Assembly (NCBI GenBank): GCA_963796685.1
Contig: CAWCMR010000012.1
Location: 1-64,000 of the forward strand
DNA from: an uncultured delta proteobacterium
Lineage (GTDB): Bacteria; Myxococcota_A; Polyangia; Fen-1088
Direction: 5' to 3'
DNA length: 64,000 bases
The notes beneath the pieces are model-generated. The model was given only the letters and a program-made list of their open reading frames with translations. It did not search any database and was not told the DNA's origin. Of this stretch, positions 61,513-64,000 are shown one piece after another. The translations under genes were made by a program, and so were the position numbers. Positions within the stretch are counted from its first letter, which is position 1, and every line of letters starts with the position of its first letter.

Positions 61513-62625
61513 CTATTCCGGGCTGCCGCGTAGGCGCCAGATTACCTGAACCAGCGCAATCACGCACAGTGGGCCGGCGATGAGTAGGGCGTGGACGAGC
61601 GCCAGCTTGGTCAGGCCCAGAAGCGCGTAGACCAAGAAGGCAAGCACGTAGAAGTCGCGGCGGCCCATGCTGAAGACCAGAATAAAGGGGCTGACGCGCT
61701 TTTGGTTCAGACGCGTCTTCATGCTGTCCTTGCCGGCGATGCGCCAACGGACCTTGATGATCTCGCCGCCATCGCCCTGACGCCGGATCTCGGTCAAGGC
61801 GACGGCATCGTAAATCAGGTGCATGAGCGAGGCGCCAAGACCGCAGAAAAGCAGCAGCGTGGAGCCACCGTTGCGATAGAGGCCGATGCCAACTGCGGCG
61901 AAGATGACGATGTTCAGGCCGTCGTCGACCATGGTGTCCAGCCACTCGCCGATGGCGCTTTGTTGAAAGCGGACGCGGGCCAGCTCGCCGTCACAGCCGT
62001 CCAGGATGGACTGGACATGGGCCAGGAAGAATCCCCAAATCATGAACGCGTAGTTGCCGCTGGCGATGAGCGCGGCGCCCACCAGACCGACCATTGCGGC
62101 GCCCAGGGTGACATGGTTGGGTGTGAAGGGCAGGTGGCAAAGGACGTGGCGGGTGATGAAGAAGGACACCGGCTTGTTGAGGTAGCGCGCGACGAATCCC
62201 AGATCCCCGCGCATCAGCTCGGCGAAGACGGCGCGCTCAGCCTTGCGACGCGAGGTCTCGTCCACCACCTTCATGCCGCCTTCCAGCGAGCGATTCGACG
62301 GTCGAACCTCGTTTGCGCCGATTTCGACCGCGTTCCTGAGCTCGCTGCGCAGGGCCGCCAGATCGTCGGGTCGGGGGACCCTGCGCAAGAGTACGGACGG
62401 CGGCAGGTACTTGGGTAGGGTGCAGCTACCATCGGAGGCGACGATGATGGACAGCCCCATGCCATCCAACTGTTTGATGGACCGCTCGACCACGGAGAGT
62501 CCGGCGACGTGCATGCTGGCGCCCACGACCTCGGCCGTGGTGGCGCGAAGGAGCGCGGGACGTTTGCTCGGCGGCGGGTTGGAAGACGGCGTGGATGTGT
62601 CGTTCGTGGATGCTGGTTCTGTCAC
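61513..62625 (-). CDS. CDP-alcohol phosphatidyltransferase family protein
   Basis: TPNHVT and LDGCDGELAR...GEWLDTMVD signature. Confidence 0.9.
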   Translation of the reverse strand: MTEPASTNDTSTPSSNPPPSKRPALLRATTAEVVGASMHVAGLSVVERSIKQLDGMGLSIIVASDGSCTLPKYLPPSVLLRRVPRPDDLAALRSELRNAVEIGANEVRPSNRSLEGGMKVVDETSRRKAERAVFAELMRGDLGFVARYLNKPVSFFITRHVLCHLPFTPNHVTLGAAMVGLVGAALIASGNYAFMIWGFFLAHVQSILDGCDGELARVRFQQSAIGEWLDTMVDDGLNIVIFAAVGIGLYRNGGSTLLLFCGLGASLMHLIYDAVALTEIRRQGDGGEIIKVRWRIAGKDSMKTRLNQKRVSPFILVFSMGRRDFYVLAFLVYALLGLTKLALVHALLIAGPLCVIALVQVIWRLRGSPE

Positions 62626-62707
62626 GTTGGCCTTCTCGCGCAGGGCCGGAGTCTGCCCGAGAAGGAGCGAAAGTGCACGAACCAAGCGGCGGCAGGACGC
62701 TGCGGAC

Positions 62708-63379
62708 CTACTCCTCGGGTAGGAGCAGCATGTTGTCGGGAAGACCCGACCAGCGAACGATCTGCACGCCGGCCAAAAGGGTGTACATGTGAATGTTGCC
62801 ATCAGGCATGACCCGGAAGTCAACCGTCGGGGTGATGGCCCAGCCGCCGGTCAGGCGCTTGCGCCAGGGGAAGAAGTCGTACATTAGGCCGAGGGTCATG
62901 TACGAGCCCGCGCCACCGCGCAGGGAGGTGTCGAGCGCCGTGTTGTCGCGGGTGTAGACGTAGCCGATCCCGAATCCGCCGTGGACCGAGAGGTTGCGCC
63001 AGACCGTCGCATCACCCTCCAAGATGAGGCCGCCCAAGCCGCCTTTGTCGTTGCCCTTCTTCATCATTCCGAGGAGGCTGCCCGCGCTTTCGTAGAGCAG
63101 GCCCAGGCCCAGCCGTTCGGTGATGAGCTGACCGATACGGAGGGTGTAGCCGTAGCCCGAGTAGATGCCGTGGTCGTGGCCCTCCTCGATGTAGTTCGAG
63201 GCAATGCCGTAGAGGCCAAAGCCGATCCAGTAGCCTTGGCGCGCGCGCGGCGGCTCGAGCAGCGAGCTCGAATCGCTCCCGTTCCCTTCTTGGGCGAGCG
63301 CGGGACGGGCATGGCCCGCGGCGAGCCCCAGCGAGGCGAGCACCACGGCCACGACGGTTTGGCATGCCAAGCGCCGCAT
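62708..63379 (-). CDS. Secreted or outer-membrane beta-barrel-like protein
   Basis: Signal peptide and alternating Gly/aromatic strands. Coupled to the upstream receptor. Confidence 0.55.
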   Translation of the reverse strand: MRRLACQTVVAVVLASLGLAAGHARPALAQEGNGSDSSSLLEPPRARQGYWIGFGLYGIASNYIEEGHDHGIYSGYGYTLRIGQLITERLGLGLLYESAGSLLGMMKKGNDKGGLGGLILEGDATVWRNLSVHGGFGIGYVYTRDNTALDTSLRGGAGSYMTLGLMYDFFPWRKRLTGGWAITPTVDFRVMPDGNIHMYTLLAGVQIVRWSGLPDNMLLLPEE

Positions 63380-64000
63380 CAGAATTCTCCCTTCAGGCCG
63401 AGGATCGGGTAAATGGGCAATCCCTGACTGTACTGCATCTTCTTGAAGTCGAAGTTGTACTGGGGTTGCTCGGGGTTGGCGTGGTCGGTGACATTCTGCA
63501 GATCCAGATAGGCCGTCAGCATCCAGGTGTTGTAGATCCAGCGCTTGTCCACGCGGATGTCGAGTTGGTAGAAGGCGGGCACGCGGCTGGAGTAGGTGTT
63601 GGGACTGTAGATCGCGGTGTAGCCGCCGACGTTGGTCGAGGAATCGAAGATCGAGCCGGTGACGGGCGTGGCGGGATCACCCGTGACGTAGCGGAAGCGC
63701 GAGCCGATTTGCCAGTTGCGCGGCAGGGAATACGAGCCGAAGAGGGTCAGGATGTGCGTCTGGTCGTACTGGAACAATCGGTAGGAGGTCGCGCCCGAGT
63801 CGCGGCGCTCGGCGCGCATGAGGGTGTAGGCGAGCCAGCCCACGAACTTGCGCGTGAGCTCGTGCTTGGCGACGAGCTCGAGGCCGTAGACGCGGCCGAG
63901 CCCGTTGTTGTCGTAGCGCGGAGCGGAGGTGTCGCCGTTCAAAGAGGCCGGGGTGATGCTCACCATGTTGCTCAGATCCTTGTAGAACCCGGTCGCATCC
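63379..64000 (-). CDS. TonB-dependent receptor, C-terminal part (runs off the window end)
   Basis: GRVYGLEL, WLAYTL, YDQTH, FRYVTG.P, QLDIRVDK, YLDLQNV, terminal F. Confidence 0.88.
   Translation of the reverse strand, partial: DATGFYKDLSNMVSITPASLNGDTSAPRYDNNGLGRVYGLELVAKHELTRKFVGWLAYTLMRAERRDSGATSYRLFQYDQTHILTLFGSYSLPRNWQIGSRFRYVTGDPATPVTGSIFDSSTNVGGYTAIYSPNTYSSRVPAFYQLDIRVDKRWIYNTWMLTAYLDLQNVTDHANPEQPQYNFDFKKMQYSQGLPIYPILGLKGEF

Noticed and set aside
1-64000. tRNA, rRNA or prophage genes
   Set aside because: None recognised by eye. No phage structural motifs in the ORF track.

Overview
GC-rich bacterial window with hallmarks of Myxococcota (inferred from Cys-rich and Gly/Ser/Thr-rich lipoproteins and an AgmX/PglI-type TonB C-terminal protein). 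The left part (1-15 kb) holds Cys-rich lipoproteins, a GH94 phosphorylase with a GPH sugar transporter, a Rieske protein, a DUF2156 protein and a 1456-aa CoA-substrate-specific enzyme activase. The middle (15-37 kb) is an accessory hotspot. The 3' 2047 bp of the activase gene is duplicated and diverged (13094-15140 vs 24205-26251), and the copies bracket a PHP-ATPase + AlbA_2/Schlafen-like pair, an ECF sigma + NTF2-like pair and lipoproteins. After that come nested mobile elements: an IS91-like transposase remnant interrupted by a RIT element (three tyrosine recombinases), whose first recombinase is interrupted by a second RIT. Both RITs show the same junction design: a 6-bp core, a 20-bp palindromic stub and an inverted copy of the core at one end. 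A group IIC-type intron sits inside that inverted core of the outer RIT. The right part (37-64 kb) has a LytS/LytTR pair, GH9, esterase and beta-helix lipoproteins, VapBC, a truncated SPASM gene, a cphA/cphA' pair with complementary active-site loss, a REC-EAL protein, cysteine synthase, an AlaA-like aminotransferase, a CDP-alcohol phosphatidyltransferase and the end of a TonB-dependent receptor. Many genes carry isolated frameshifts that are probably sequencing or assembly indels. All calls are by eye; no searches were run.
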